The notes beneath the pieces were generated by a model. It was not told where the DNA came from. It was given only the letters and a program-made list of their open reading frames with translations, and searched no databases. A stretch of DNA of 64,000 bases from an uncultured Gemmatimonadales bacterium. Its GTDB lineage: Bacteria; Gemmatimonadota; Gemmatimonadetes; Gemmatimonadales; GWC2-71-9. The stretch spans positions 384,001 through 448,000 of the forward strand of contig CAWHFW010000002.1 in assembly GCA_963828735.1 (NCBI GenBank), in the 5' to 3' direction. Below are positions 20,696 to 30,261 of the stretch, piece by piece; the stretch's first letter is position 1, and the number at the start of each line of letters is the position of its first letter. Both the position numbers and the translations under genes were made by a program.

Positions 20696-22062
20696 GTCGC
20701 CTCCCGCGTGAGGCCATAGCGCTCGATCTTCTTGTACAGATTGGAGCGCGGCATCTTCAGCGCGCGGGCCGTCTCCGACACGTTCCAGTCGTGCAGGCGA
20801 AGCTGTTGCGCCAGGAAGCTCTTTTCCGCGTCCTGCTTGAAGCCCTCGAAGGTCTGGACCCCGTCCGCCGGGCCGCTCGGGACGGGGGAGACGCCATCCC
20901 CGGCGGGCAGGAGCCGCTCGATATCGGCGGCCGTCACGACCTTGCCGGGAGCCAGGATCAGGGCTCGCTCGACCGCGTTCCGCAACTCGCGGATGTTGCC
21001 GGGCCAGGACCGCGCCTTGAGCCGGGCCACGGCGTCGTTGGCGAATTTCTTTCCGGGCACGCCCGCACTGGCCGAGAGCGCGTCCGCGAAGTGCGCCACC
21101 AGGGCCGGGACGTCGTCGACGCGCTCCCGGAGTGCTGGCACCTCGATCGGGACTACGTTGAGGCGGTAGAGCAGGTCCTCGCGGAATCGTTGCTCGGCGA
21201 TCTCGCCTTCGAGATCCTTGTTCGTGGCGGCGAGCACCCGAACGTCCACCTGAATCGGCTTGGCGCCCCCGATCCGGGTCACGACGCCCTCCTGCAGCAC
21301 CCGGAGCAGCTTGGCCTGCGCGGGGAGGGACATGTCGCCGACTTCGTCCAGGAACAGTGTTCCCCCATCGGCCTGCTCGAACTTCCCGGCCCGATCGGCG
21401 AAGGCGCCGGTGAAGGACCCCTTCATGTGCCCGAACAGCTCGCTTTCGATGAGCTCGGACGGGATGGCGGCGCAGTTCACCTCCACGAACGCTTCGTCGC
21501 GGCGCGGGGACGCCTCGTGGAGCGCGCGGGCGACGAGCTCCTTGCCGGTGCCGTTCTCGCCGGTGATGAGCACGCGCGCGGCGGTGGGTCCCACCTTGGC
21601 GATGAGCTCACGCACCGCCTCCAGCGCGGGACTCGAGCCCACCATCTGGTAGCGGCTCTCGGTGGCCTCGCGCAGGCGTGCGTTTTCGCCCACCAGCTCT
21701 CCGTGGGCCAGCGCGTTCCGCACGGTCAGCAGCAGACGGTCGGTATCGAGCGGCTTCTCCAGAAAGTCGAACGCGCCCCGCTGGGTGGCTTCGACGGCCG
21801 TGGCGATGGTGCCGTGCCCGGAGATCATGACGATCTGCGCGCGCGGATCGAGATCGCGGAGGCGGGTGAGCGTCTCGAGCCCGTCGAGTCCGGCCATCTT
21901 CACGTCGAGGAACACGAGGTGGGGATGGAACTCGGAGTAGAGCGTGATCGCCTCGCCCCCCGACGCCGCGACCCGCACCTCCAAGCTCTCGTACTCGAGC
22001 ACCTGCTTGAGCGCCTGACGAATGCCCGCCTCGTCGTCCACGATGAGAACTCGTTGGCTCAT
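20692..22062 (-). CDS. Sigma-54-dependent response regulator (NtrX/NtrC family)
   Basis: REC (VDDE, LDVKM); GENGTGKE; ESELFGH...GSFTGA; WPGNIREL; Fis HTH. Confidence 0.92.
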   Translation of the reverse strand: MSQRVLIVDDEAGIRQALKQVLEYESLEVRVAASGGEAITLYSEFHPHLVFLDVKMAGLDGLETLTRLRDLDPRAQIVMISGHGTIATAVEATQRGAFDFLEKPLDTDRLLLTVRNALAHGELVGENARLREATESRYQMVGSSPALEAVRELIAKVGPTAARVLITGENGTGKELVARALHEASPRRDEAFVEVNCAAIPSELIESELFGHMKGSFTGAFADRAGKFEQADGGTLFLDEVGDMSLPAQAKLLRVLQEGVVTRIGGAKPIQVDVRVLAATNKDLEGEIAEQRFREDLLYRLNVVPIEVPALRERVDDVPALVAHFADALSASAGVPGKKFANDAVARLKARSWPGNIRELRNAVERALILAPGKVVTAADIERLLPAGDGVSPVPSGPADGVQTFEGFKQDAEKSFLAQQLRLHDWNVSETARALKMPRSNLYKKIERYGLTREAT

Positions 22063-22721
22063 GGGCGCGGGGCTCCGTAGAGGACGGCGGCCCCTGATCG
22101 GATGCGGATGGCGCGGACGCCGGCGGGGACCTTCCAGGGAACGGTGTGACGGGTGGAATCGCCAATGGCGCGAGAGACCAGGCGCTCGACGGCGGAAGCG
22201 GGGACCGGAAAATCGCGAATCTGGAACGACCGCACCGCCCATTCGCCCGTGCCGGGCCCGGTGACACGCAGCGGTCCGGTGGCTTCCACCGGCTCGCGCG
22301 GCTGCAGGACCGCCGCGAGCGGGCCAACGAGCTCGCGCGGGAGCCGCTCGGTGCGAAGGCGTGCACGCACCTTCACCTCGCCGTCGAGTAGCTCGACCTG
22401 CAGCGAATCCAGCTCCTTCCGAAATGCGGGCGACAGCCCGGTACCCATGAGCGAAGCGACCTCCGATGGCGTGAGCATGACCGAGTCGGCGCGCCAGCCG
22501 TTGAGCGAGTCGATCTTGGTCTCCGCGCTCACGAGCGCCTTTGCGCCCGGCCGTCCTCGAGCGCCGGCGGGAGACGAGGGCGACGCCGACGTCTCGATGC
22601 TGCCCAGCAGCCGTCGGCCTTCGCGAACGACGCGATCACGGTACAGCCAGCCGATCCCCAGCAACGCGACTAGTCCCAGACACCCGATCACCTTGAACGG
22701 CGCCGTCAAACACCCCATCAC
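22059..22721 (-). CDS. Hypothetical membrane-anchored protein
   Basis: N-terminal TM; overlaps both neighbours in an operon. Confidence 0.6.
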   Translation of the reverse strand: MMGCLTAPFKVIGCLGLVALLGIGWLYRDRVVREGRRLLGSIETSASPSSPAGARGRPGAKALVSAETKIDSLNGWRADSVMLTPSEVASLMGTGLSPAFRKELDSLQVELLDGEVKVRARLRTERLPRELVGPLAAVLQPREPVEATGPLRVTGPGTGEWAVRSFQIRDFPVPASAVERLVSRAIGDSTRHTVPWKVPAGVRAIRIRSGAAVLYGAPRP

Positions 22722-23272
22722 GTCGCCAGCTCCAGCGTGAGCCGGGGCTCGTAGCGTGGGCCCTGCGTCGTGAGCACGCTCTCATAGAGCACCAAGCGGC
22801 TGCCGAGAAACGGCGCCGGTTGCAACGAGTGGCCGGCGTCCTCGAGCCCTCCGGACGGAAGTCGATGTCCCTCCCGTACCCGACCGAGGGTGACGTGCGG
22901 CCGGAACGGGGCGCCCTCCGGAGGAAAGCCGATCGCCTCGGCGCCACGCTCCACCCGATCATACAGCAGCTCCAGCGCCGGCGGCGCCTCGACGCCTACC
23001 CAGAGCACCCGCGGACGGACGGCGCTCGGAAAGGCGCCGATTCCATCGAGCCTCAGCTCGAGCGCCCCGGTGTTCCGTCCCGCGATTCGCACGGCTTCTT
23101 CGATGACCTCGAGCCGCTCGGGCGCCACCTCGCCGAAGAACTTGAGCGTGAGGTGCAGCCCCTCGTCATGCACCCAGCGCACGGGCCAATCGCCCTCGCG
23201 CAGCCGCCCGAGGAGCGCGACGATCTCGCGCCGCGCCTCGTCGACGATCGGCACGCCCACGAACAGCCGCAT
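22718..23272 (-). CDS. thpR: RNA 2',3'-cyclic phosphodiesterase (2H family)
   Basis: MRLFVGV start; HLTL and PHVTL 2H motifs. Confidence 0.88.
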   Translation of the reverse strand: MRLFVGVPIVDEARREIVALLGRLREGDWPVRWVHDEGLHLTLKFFGEVAPERLEVIEEAVRIAGRNTGALELRLDGIGAFPSAVRPRVLWVGVEAPPALELLYDRVERGAEAIGFPPEGAPFRPHVTLGRVREGHRLPSGGLEDAGHSLQPAPFLGSRLVLYESVLTTQGPRYEPRLTLELAT

Positions 23273-24081
23273 CAGCGAGGCGAGCGCGGCGCGAGGGTCA
23301 GCAGTCCGCCCCGCCGGTAGCCCGCCGGATCCAGCTCGACCTCGGCGAACCCGAGGTCGCTGAAGAACGCGTCCACGGCGTCCCACGCGCTCTGGACTCG
23401 CTCGAGCTCCGCCGGAGACACCTCGATGCGCGCACGGTCGCCATGGTGGCGCACGCGCAGGTCGCCGGTCACCCCAAGTCCACGAAGGAACGCCTCGCCG
23501 TGCTCCACCTGACGAAGGCGAGCCGGCGTAATCTCCAGCCCGTAGACCACCCGGCTCGAGAGGCACGGCGCCGCCGGCGCATCCCAGGTCGGAAGCCCGA
23601 GCGACTGCGACGCCCCACGAATGGCGGCCTTGCTCCAGCCGAGCTCGGCAAGCGGCGAGCGGACGTGATGCTCCTCGGCGGCGCGCATTCCCGGTCGGTG
23701 CTCACCCAAGTCGTCGGCATTGGTGCCGTCGACGACGGTATCGAATCCGCGCTCGCTCGCGAGCCGGCCCAAGCGGCTCCACAGCTCAGCCTTGCAGAAA
23801 TAGCAGCGATCCGGGGAGTTGCCGAGGTACCGCGGATCGCTCAACTCGGCGGTGTCGACCTCGAGCAGGGGCACGTCGAACCGCCGAGCGAGCTCGACCG
23901 CGGTGCGCCACTGGGACTCCGGATAGGACGGACTTCGTCCGATGACGGCAAGCCATCGATCGGGGCCCAAGGTCTGCCGGCCCACCACGGCGAGGAATGC
24001 GCTGTCCACCCCTCCGGAATAGCCGAGAAGGACCCGCCCGAAGCCAAGCAGGTGTTGCCGCAGCATTTCGAGGTCGGACAT
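23272..24081 (-). CDS. larE: LarE-family ATP-dependent sulfur transferase
   Basis: YSGGVDS PP-loop, RCYFCK, DGTNADD, PCLSSR, LRVRHHG. Confidence 0.85.
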   Translation of the reverse strand: MSDLEMLRQHLLGFGRVLLGYSGGVDSAFLAVVGRQTLGPDRWLAVIGRSPSYPESQWRTAVELARRFDVPLLEVDTAELSDPRYLGNSPDRCYFCKAELWSRLGRLASERGFDTVVDGTNADDLGEHRPGMRAAEEHHVRSPLAELGWSKAAIRGASQSLGLPTWDAPAAPCLSSRVVYGLEITPARLRQVEHGEAFLRGLGVTGDLRVRHHGDRARIEVSPAELERVQSAWDAVDAFFSDLGFAEVELDPAGYRRGGLLTLAPRSPR

Positions 24082-24141
24082 GGGCAGTAACGTAATGCGG
24101 TGGGGCACCAAGTGAGAGCCCGACCGCAGTTAGTTTCCGGC

Positions 24142-24579
24142 ATGCCCGATGGCACTCATCTCGAGGTCGCGCCGGAGCTGCAACTCCCGCTTTCGGAGCT
24201 CGAATTTCGCGCCTCGCGATCGGGCGGACCTGGCGGGCAGCACGTCAACACCTCGTCGACTCGCGTGGAAGTCTGGTGGGACGTTGCCACCTCGCCCGCC
24301 CTGAGTGATTCCCAGCGCCAACGTCTGCTGGCACGTCTGGCCAGCCGCCTCGACGGGGCGGGTCGCTTGCGACTCGTTTCGAGCGGGTCTCGCAGCCATT
24401 TGAGGAATCGCGAGGAGGTGACCGAGCGGCTTCGCGACCTCGTGGCGCGGGCGCTGGCGGTGCCGAAGCCCCGCAAACGGACCAAGCCTCCGCGGGCCGC
24501 GAAAGCGGCACGCCTGGAAGGCAAGCGCCGGCGCTCGGCCGTCAAGCGCGACCGCCGGCAGCCCCGGGACGACGACTAG
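24142..24579 (+). CDS. arfB: Alternative ribosome rescue peptidyl-tRNA hydrolase
   Basis: RSGGPGGQHVN; basic C-tail RKRTKP...RLEGKRRRS. Confidence 0.9.
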   Translation: MPDGTHLEVAPELQLPLSELEFRASRSGGPGGQHVNTSSTRVEVWWDVATSPALSDSQRQRLLARLASRLDGAGRLRLVSSGSRSHLRNREEVTERLRDLVARALAVPKPRKRTKPPRAAKAARLEGKRRRSAVKRDRRQPRDDD

Positions 24580-24671
24580 ACCAGGGTCCGTATGGACCGG
24601 CGCGCCTGGCGGTTGTGCCTGGCGGCGCGTCATGCGATGTTGCCTGGGAGCTGCCGCGCCGATGTCCGGTG

Positions 24672-26210
24672 TCAGGCGGCTACCTTCGTCCGATCCAAGC
24701 TGCGATACTGAATTGCCTCGCTCACGTGGCCGGTGTCCAGAGAATCGGCGCCGTCGAGATCCGCGATCGTGCGCGCGATCTTGAGGATGCGGTGGTACGC
24801 TCGGGCCGAAAGGCCGAGCCGGTGGACCGCCTGTCGAAGGAGTGCTTCCGGAGCCGGGCCGAGGGCGCAGTAACGGCGCAGGTGGCGAGTCGTCATGTGC
24901 GCGTTCGCGCGGATGCCGGGTTCCTCGTGGAAGCGCTCCCGCTGCCGGATGCGGGCGCGCTCCACTCGCTCCCTGATGAGCGCGCTGGACTCCGGGGTAC
25001 GCGGCCCGATCAAATCGGGGTACGGAACGGCCGGAACCTCGAGGTGGATGTCGATGCGGTCGAGCAGCGGGCCTGAGACCCGCGAGCGGTACCTTTCGAC
25101 GTCCAACTCGGAGCAGCGGCAGCCGTGTGTGGTACTGCCGAAATAGCCACAGGGACAGGGGTTCATCGCCGCCGCGAGCATGAAACGTGCAGGAAATGTC
25201 AGGCTCACGGACGCCCGACTCAACGTCACAACGCCGTCTTCGAGCGGCTGACGCAGCACCTCCAGCACATTCCGGCGGAATTCGGGCAGCTCGTCCAGGA
25301 AGAGCACCCCGCCGTGGGCCAGGCTGACCTCGCCAGGGCGCGGCACCGACCCGCCGCCAATGAGGCCGGCATCGCTGATGGTGTGGTGAGGCGCCCGAAA
25401 GGGGCGCAGGACGCAAAGGGGTTTGCCTCGCTCGAGCACCCCGGCGACGCTGTGGATCTTGGTGGTTTCGAGCGCTTCGTCGAGGGTCATGGCGGGCAGG
25501 ATGGTCGGCAGGCGCCTGGCCAGCATGGTTTTACCGGCCCCCGGCGGGCCGATGAGCAGGAGGTTGTGCCCCCCGGCGGCGGCCACCTCCAGCGCGCGTT
25601 TGGCGGCGGCCTGGCTTCGGACATCGGCGAAGTCGACGTCCTCCCGGCCCCGCTCCGCCATCAGGGCCGACAGGTCCACGGCGGACGCGGGCAGGTCGGC
25701 ATCGCCGGCGAGGAACGCGCAGGCTTCGGTGAGCGTTCGAGCACCGTGGACCGCAAGTTGATCCACCACAGCGGCCTCGGGAACGTTGTCGGCGGGGACC
25801 AGGAGGGCGCGGCAGCCGGAGCTCCGGGCGGCCATAGCCATCGAGAGTGTTCCGCGGACGGGACGGAGGTCGCCCTCGAGCCCGACCTCACCGACGACCA
25901 TGAGGCCGTCGAGAGCACGATCGGGCAGCTGGCCGCTCGCCACGAGCACGCCAAGAGCGATTGGCAGGTCGAGTCCGGAGCCGGTTTTCTGGATGTCGGC
26001 GGGCGCGAGGTTCACGGTGATGCGGCGGAGGGGAAAGGCGTAGCCGGCGTTGGACAGGGCGGCCCCGATCCGCTCCCGGCCCTCGCGTACGGCGCCGTGT
26101 GGAAGCCCGACGGTTGCGAAGGACGGCAGCCCGCTGCTGATGTCCACCTCGACGTCTACCGGATAGGCGTCGACACCGAGGATGGCGGCGGATCGGACTC
26201 GGGAAAGCAT
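24672..26210 (-). CDS. comM: YifB/ComM Mg-chelatase-like AAA+ ATPase
   Basis: VNLAPAD, GPPGAGKT, PFRAPHH, LFLDELPEF, MNPCPCG. Confidence 0.9.
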   Translation of the reverse strand: MLSRVRSAAILGVDAYPVDVEVDISSGLPSFATVGLPHGAVREGRERIGAALSNAGYAFPLRRITVNLAPADIQKTGSGLDLPIALGVLVASGQLPDRALDGLMVVGEVGLEGDLRPVRGTLSMAMAARSSGCRALLVPADNVPEAAVVDQLAVHGARTLTEACAFLAGDADLPASAVDLSALMAERGREDVDFADVRSQAAAKRALEVAAAGGHNLLLIGPPGAGKTMLARRLPTILPAMTLDEALETTKIHSVAGVLERGKPLCVLRPFRAPHHTISDAGLIGGGSVPRPGEVSLAHGGVLFLDELPEFRRNVLEVLRQPLEDGVVTLSRASVSLTFPARFMLAAAMNPCPCGYFGSTTHGCRCSELDVERYRSRVSGPLLDRIDIHLEVPAVPYPDLIGPRTPESSALIRERVERARIRQRERFHEEPGIRANAHMTTRHLRRYCALGPAPEALLRQAVHRLGLSARAYHRILKIARTIADLDGADSLDTGHVSEAIQYRSLDRTKVAA

Positions 26211-26353
26211 GAATGGGGTGCCTGAAGGAGTCCCGGGCACATTAGAGCACTACTCCGGCACCGCGGGGATCACACCAGCGCCTGCCGGATCGAAGCCGCG
26301 CGATACGCCCACCCCCCGGGCCGCGCGGGACTGTTCACCACCGGAGTCACGAG

Positions 26354-26809
26354 ATGCGTCGGTTCGTCACAGGATTGCTGCTGCTGTCATCGGCCACCGC
26401 CTGTGCCGTGCCCAAGGTTGCGGGCGCGCCGCTGGCACCGGTCGAGCGCGCCTGGGAAGTGCCGACGCTCGAGCTGTACAGCGAGTGGTGGCGAAAGACG
26501 GAGGAGTGCTCGGGACGGAAGGCAGACATGAGCCGCGTGACCTTCTACGCGGTGGATTCCCCGAATGGCGCGATCGGACTCAACGGCACGCTCGCCCACG
26601 GGTGGTGGGTGCGGCAAGGCAACCGGATCTACCTGCCCGCCAACGCCCTCGGCGAGGAATGGCTGGTGCGCCACGAGATGCTGCATGCCTTGCTCCAGCG
26701 AGGCTCGCATCCGACGAAGAATTTCGTCGCGGCGTGCCACCTTGCCTCCGCCGATGTCTGGCGGGACTCGACCCTCACGGCCGACCCCGCGAACCCGCAG
26801 GGCCACTGA
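26354..26809 (+). CDS. Small putative lipoprotein with HExxH zincin motif
   Basis: Signal ending ATAC; LVRHEMLHALL...H. Confidence 0.65.
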   Translation: MRRFVTGLLLLSSATACAVPKVAGAPLAPVERAWEVPTLELYSEWWRKTEECSGRKADMSRVTFYAVDSPNGAIGLNGTLAHGWWVRQGNRIYLPANALGEEWLVRHEMLHALLQRGSHPTKNFVAACHLASADVWRDSTLTADPANPQGH

Positions 26810-26836
26810 CGCCAGGGCGTCGCCCGGGCCGCTGGC

Positions 26837-28393
26837 CTACCACCGGCAGCGGTTCGGCCCCTCCGGCTGGATCAATCGGAAATCCATCAGGCGCATCTCC
26901 CAATTGCGCCCTTCGGTGCGCCACACCGGATCGGCCACGATACTCGTCGTCGTGTGCACCTGTCCCTGGTAGACGAATGCCATCGGCACCGTGGCGCCCA
27001 TCGACGTCCATTCGTAGATCCACTTCTTGAACTCGACGACAGGGAGCTCCCTGCCGACCAGCGACTGGCCGGCGTAGCCCGGCGGGACCAGCCGGTCGTC
27101 GAACCTCGTGAACCGTACGACGTCCTCCTGATAGCCCCACATCTTGACCGGATTCGAGCCGAGAAGCAGATGATTCGACCGCGGGCCCTCGGTGCGCAGG
27201 TTGCTGAACATCGTGAAGTTACCGGCCGTCCGAAGCCCCAGGTACGAGGTGAGTCCATGCAGCGCGACGAAGACGGGAAAGAGATAGAGCCAGCGCGGCG
27301 TGAGGCGGCTCCCGATGGGGACGCCGGTCCACGTGGGCCGCGGCATCTGGGCCACCACGGCGCGAAGGACGGGCCAGAGCATGACGACCGCGCCGAGATT
27401 GAACAGGAGGGCCGCCGGTAGCCTTTCGTTGAGCCACGACAGCATGCCGGCGAGCGCCGTCATCGCGAAGAACGCGTAGATCCTCGGGAGCGAACGCCGG
27501 ACGATGGGCAGGCGCAGATCGCTCGTCATCATGTCGATGTACGGCGAGGGCAGAAAGGTGAACAGCATCGCGAACGCGAGCGCGCCGAAGTGAACGAAGC
27601 CGATGAACGCCAGGATGGCGTGCATCGCCCAGGAGAAGGCCAGCAGCGGCGCCTGGAAGCGCGGAACGGTCAGCAGGGCCCCGCCGAAGAACTCCCAGAG
27701 GATCACGATGCACGACATGCCGAGGATACCGAGTGCCGCGGCCGGGCCGGGAATCTCGGGCGCCAGGTTGAGCGCCAGCGTCGCCGGGACGACGATCAGG
27801 CTCAATGCGCCGACGCGGGCCGCCGGGCGAAGCGTCCGACCGCTGCCACGGGCGCTGACCAGCGCGGCGGCCAGCACGCCGGTGCCGGCGAGAATGAAGA
27901 GACCGGCCGGCGCATGGAGGATGGGCACCCGAATGGAGGCGACCCTATCCAGGTCGCGCATCATGTCGCCGACACAGGAGACGGCGGGATTGAGAAAGTC
28001 GCGGTTGAGCTTGGCGAAGCCGGCGAAGACGTACACCAGGATCATCGTCACCTGCAGGACCGGGCGAACCAGCTCGAAGCAGTCGTCGTCGGCCGGGTAG
28101 CGATCGCGATGGGCGAGCGAGTACGCGATGGCGACGAGGAGCAGCAGGTTACACGTGATCTCGACGTTCACGTGATTGGCGACGTCGGGAAACTGCGTCA
28201 CCAGCGGATGGATGGTGGCGACAGCCAGGAGGATCGGGAACGTCCGACGCGTGAGGCCGACGAGCAGGAGCAAGCCGCACAGCAGGAGGAGGCCGCCTGT
28301 GAAAATCGGGTAGTGCCATTTCTCTCCCGGCTCGAGAAACAGCGCCATCATGTAGAGCGTGGCGAACGTCGCGAAGCGGCCGATCCGGTGCAC
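26837..28393 (-). CDS. HTTM / vitamin K-dependent carboxylase-like membrane protein
   Basis: Many TMs; ANH and VYVFAGFAKLNRDF motifs; FTMFSNL; GTG 28393 with GGAG RBS. Confidence 0.65.
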   Translation of the reverse strand: MHRIGRFATFATLYMMALFLEPGEKWHYPIFTGGLLLLCGLLLLVGLTRRTFPILLAVATIHPLVTQFPDVANHVNVEITCNLLLLVAIAYSLAHRDRYPADDDCFELVRPVLQVTMILVYVFAGFAKLNRDFLNPAVSCVGDMMRDLDRVASIRVPILHAPAGLFILAGTGVLAAALVSARGSGRTLRPAARVGALSLIVVPATLALNLAPEIPGPAAALGILGMSCIVILWEFFGGALLTVPRFQAPLLAFSWAMHAILAFIGFVHFGALAFAMLFTFLPSPYIDMMTSDLRLPIVRRSLPRIYAFFAMTALAGMLSWLNERLPAALLFNLGAVVMLWPVLRAVVAQMPRPTWTGVPIGSRLTPRWLYLFPVFVALHGLTSYLGLRTAGNFTMFSNLRTEGPRSNHLLLGSNPVKMWGYQEDVVRFTRFDDRLVPPGYAGQSLVGRELPVVEFKKWIYEWTSMGATVPMAFVYQGQVHTTTSIVADPVWRTEGRNWEMRLMDFRLIQPEGPNRCRW

Positions 28394-28985
28394 GCTCTGC
28401 TCCCGAGGTGATTCCTCGTCGAGGAACAATCGGAGCCCGCTCGGGGGCCATCGAACCCGACGGCACTCCGGCGCAGGCACATGGACTTGTGAGAAGTGGT
28501 TTCACCGACGGGCAACTCCCGTGCCCCCGGGGCCTTCCGACCCCGGTGGCCCGGGCAACTGGAGGGGCCCTGCCCCCATCCGGGAGTGCCAAGAATCGCA
28601 CTACCGCCAAGACCATCTGGGGCCACACGATACCCAGCTCGCGCGCCGCCCCATCACGATTTCGCAACCAAATCGCGGGCCCAGATCATCCCGACTCACA
28701 CCCCGACCGCAGGAGCACGGCGCCTCGCTTCCGGCGCGGGCGAAACGCGGGCGTGGCGAGACGTCAACAACCGACCGTGTCCCGCCGGGGAGCGCCGCCG
28801 GCGCAAGGCGCGGTATGGGTGACGAACGGACCGGCCCACTGGGGAAGGTTCAGGTGGAGTTAAGATCTCCGAGATGTTGAACGAGGGAGCTGGGAGGACC
28901 GTGTGCGTGGCGAAGGACATTGGCGCGGGGCAGAGACCGTGGATACGGCGGGGCTACCGACGGCAGATGTCCCGCGCAGGCGCCT

Positions 28986-29414
28986 TCAGGTGCCGGGGTC
29001 GCACGCGGACGTGAGACGCGTCAACACGTCGAGCCGGTTTTCCATCGCGCCGGATTGCGCCGAGATGCGCAACGCGTAGTCGCGGAGCATGGCCTCGCGG
29101 TCGGCGCCCCGCGCAACCGCCACGCTCAGCTCTTCGCAGTAGGCTGGGATCTCCACCTCGATCACACGGCGAGCGGAGGTGAGGCTGGCGAAGAACGCGT
29201 CGCAGCCTCCGGCCTCGGCGGCCTGGCGTCGATGCACGGCTTCGTGGGCCAGGACCTCGGCAGCTTGCGGCGTCCCGACGAGGTCGGCACGAAGCCAGGT
29301 CTCGGGCAAGCCGTCGCGACAGAACGTGTAGCCGAGATAGCCTCGCGGAATCGGCGGCGCACTTCGCCCTGGCAGCGGAAAGAGGATCAACGGAAGCAGC
29401 CAGCTGAAACGCAT
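28986..29414 (-). CDS. Small secreted protein with HExxH zincin motif
   Basis: Signal-like N-terminus; VLAHEAVHRRQ...EIPAY. Confidence 0.6.
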   Translation of the reverse strand: MRFSWLLPLILFPLPGRSAPPIPRGYLGYTFCRDGLPETWLRADLVGTPQAAEVLAHEAVHRRQAAEAGGCDAFFASLTSARRVIEVEIPAYCEELSVAVARGADREAMLRDYALRISAQSGAMENRLDVLTRLTSACDPGT

Positions 29415-30261
29415 GACAAGTTCTCCAGGGACGAAGCCTTGGTCTCGCGGCGGGTAGCGGGCCTTTTATGATAGGAGAAGTTCCCAATCTCCGACAGCAC
29501 GCGACCCGTGGTCGCACCCAACGAGATGCCGCCGCAGCGGCTGGACCACTGCCCAGGCACCTCTCTCCCCCGTGCCGAGCTCGCGCCCCGATGGACGAGT
29601 GCGTCAGCCGGCTTCGGCACGCCGCGCAGACGCGCCTGGTCGACGACCCGCTGCGGCTCCGCCATGTTCTGGTTACCTTCGTAAGAACTCGACCAAATTC
29701 ACCGAGCGAGGCGAGCCGGTTCTCGGCGTGAACGCGGGACGACCCTCGGGACGTGATGCTGCTGCTCCGGCTCATTGTGCGCGACTCTCGGGGTCGGCAT
29801 CCCGGCCGCGCGACGAACCGTGATCCTCCAGCATTCACCCAGGCGGATTCCTCCACCACTCGAAAACACGGGGAACCGGACTGGGCCGCCCATCCGCGCC
29901 AGCTCGTCATCCTCATGAATCGCCGCATCGGCAACGCGTTCACCGTCGAAATCGCGATGCCGGACGGCCTGGTCCTCATGGACTCCGTGCTGCCCGACTC
30001 GACGGATAGGACACGACGGCTGGAATTTGCCGGCGATCGGCGGACCGCTCGAACGTGCCGTGGCGCGACGCCGGCGAAGCTGATGGGACGTGACCGCGGG
30101 CCCATCCGCGTGCCCTCCCAAATGGGTCCCGGCGGCAGGCGCCGGCCGAGGCTACGGCCTCCGATTTGCTGCCATATTGCATCGAGACGGTCTACCCTCA
30201 GTCTCGCCTCCGCAACCGCCGTATCCGGCAGATCTTCTCGCAATGTGCGGGAGCTTTGGTC

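Noticed and set aside
28400..28980. Precursor-peptide ORF for the HTTM enzyme
   Set aside because: Small ORFs here lack an RBS, signal peptide or compositional bias
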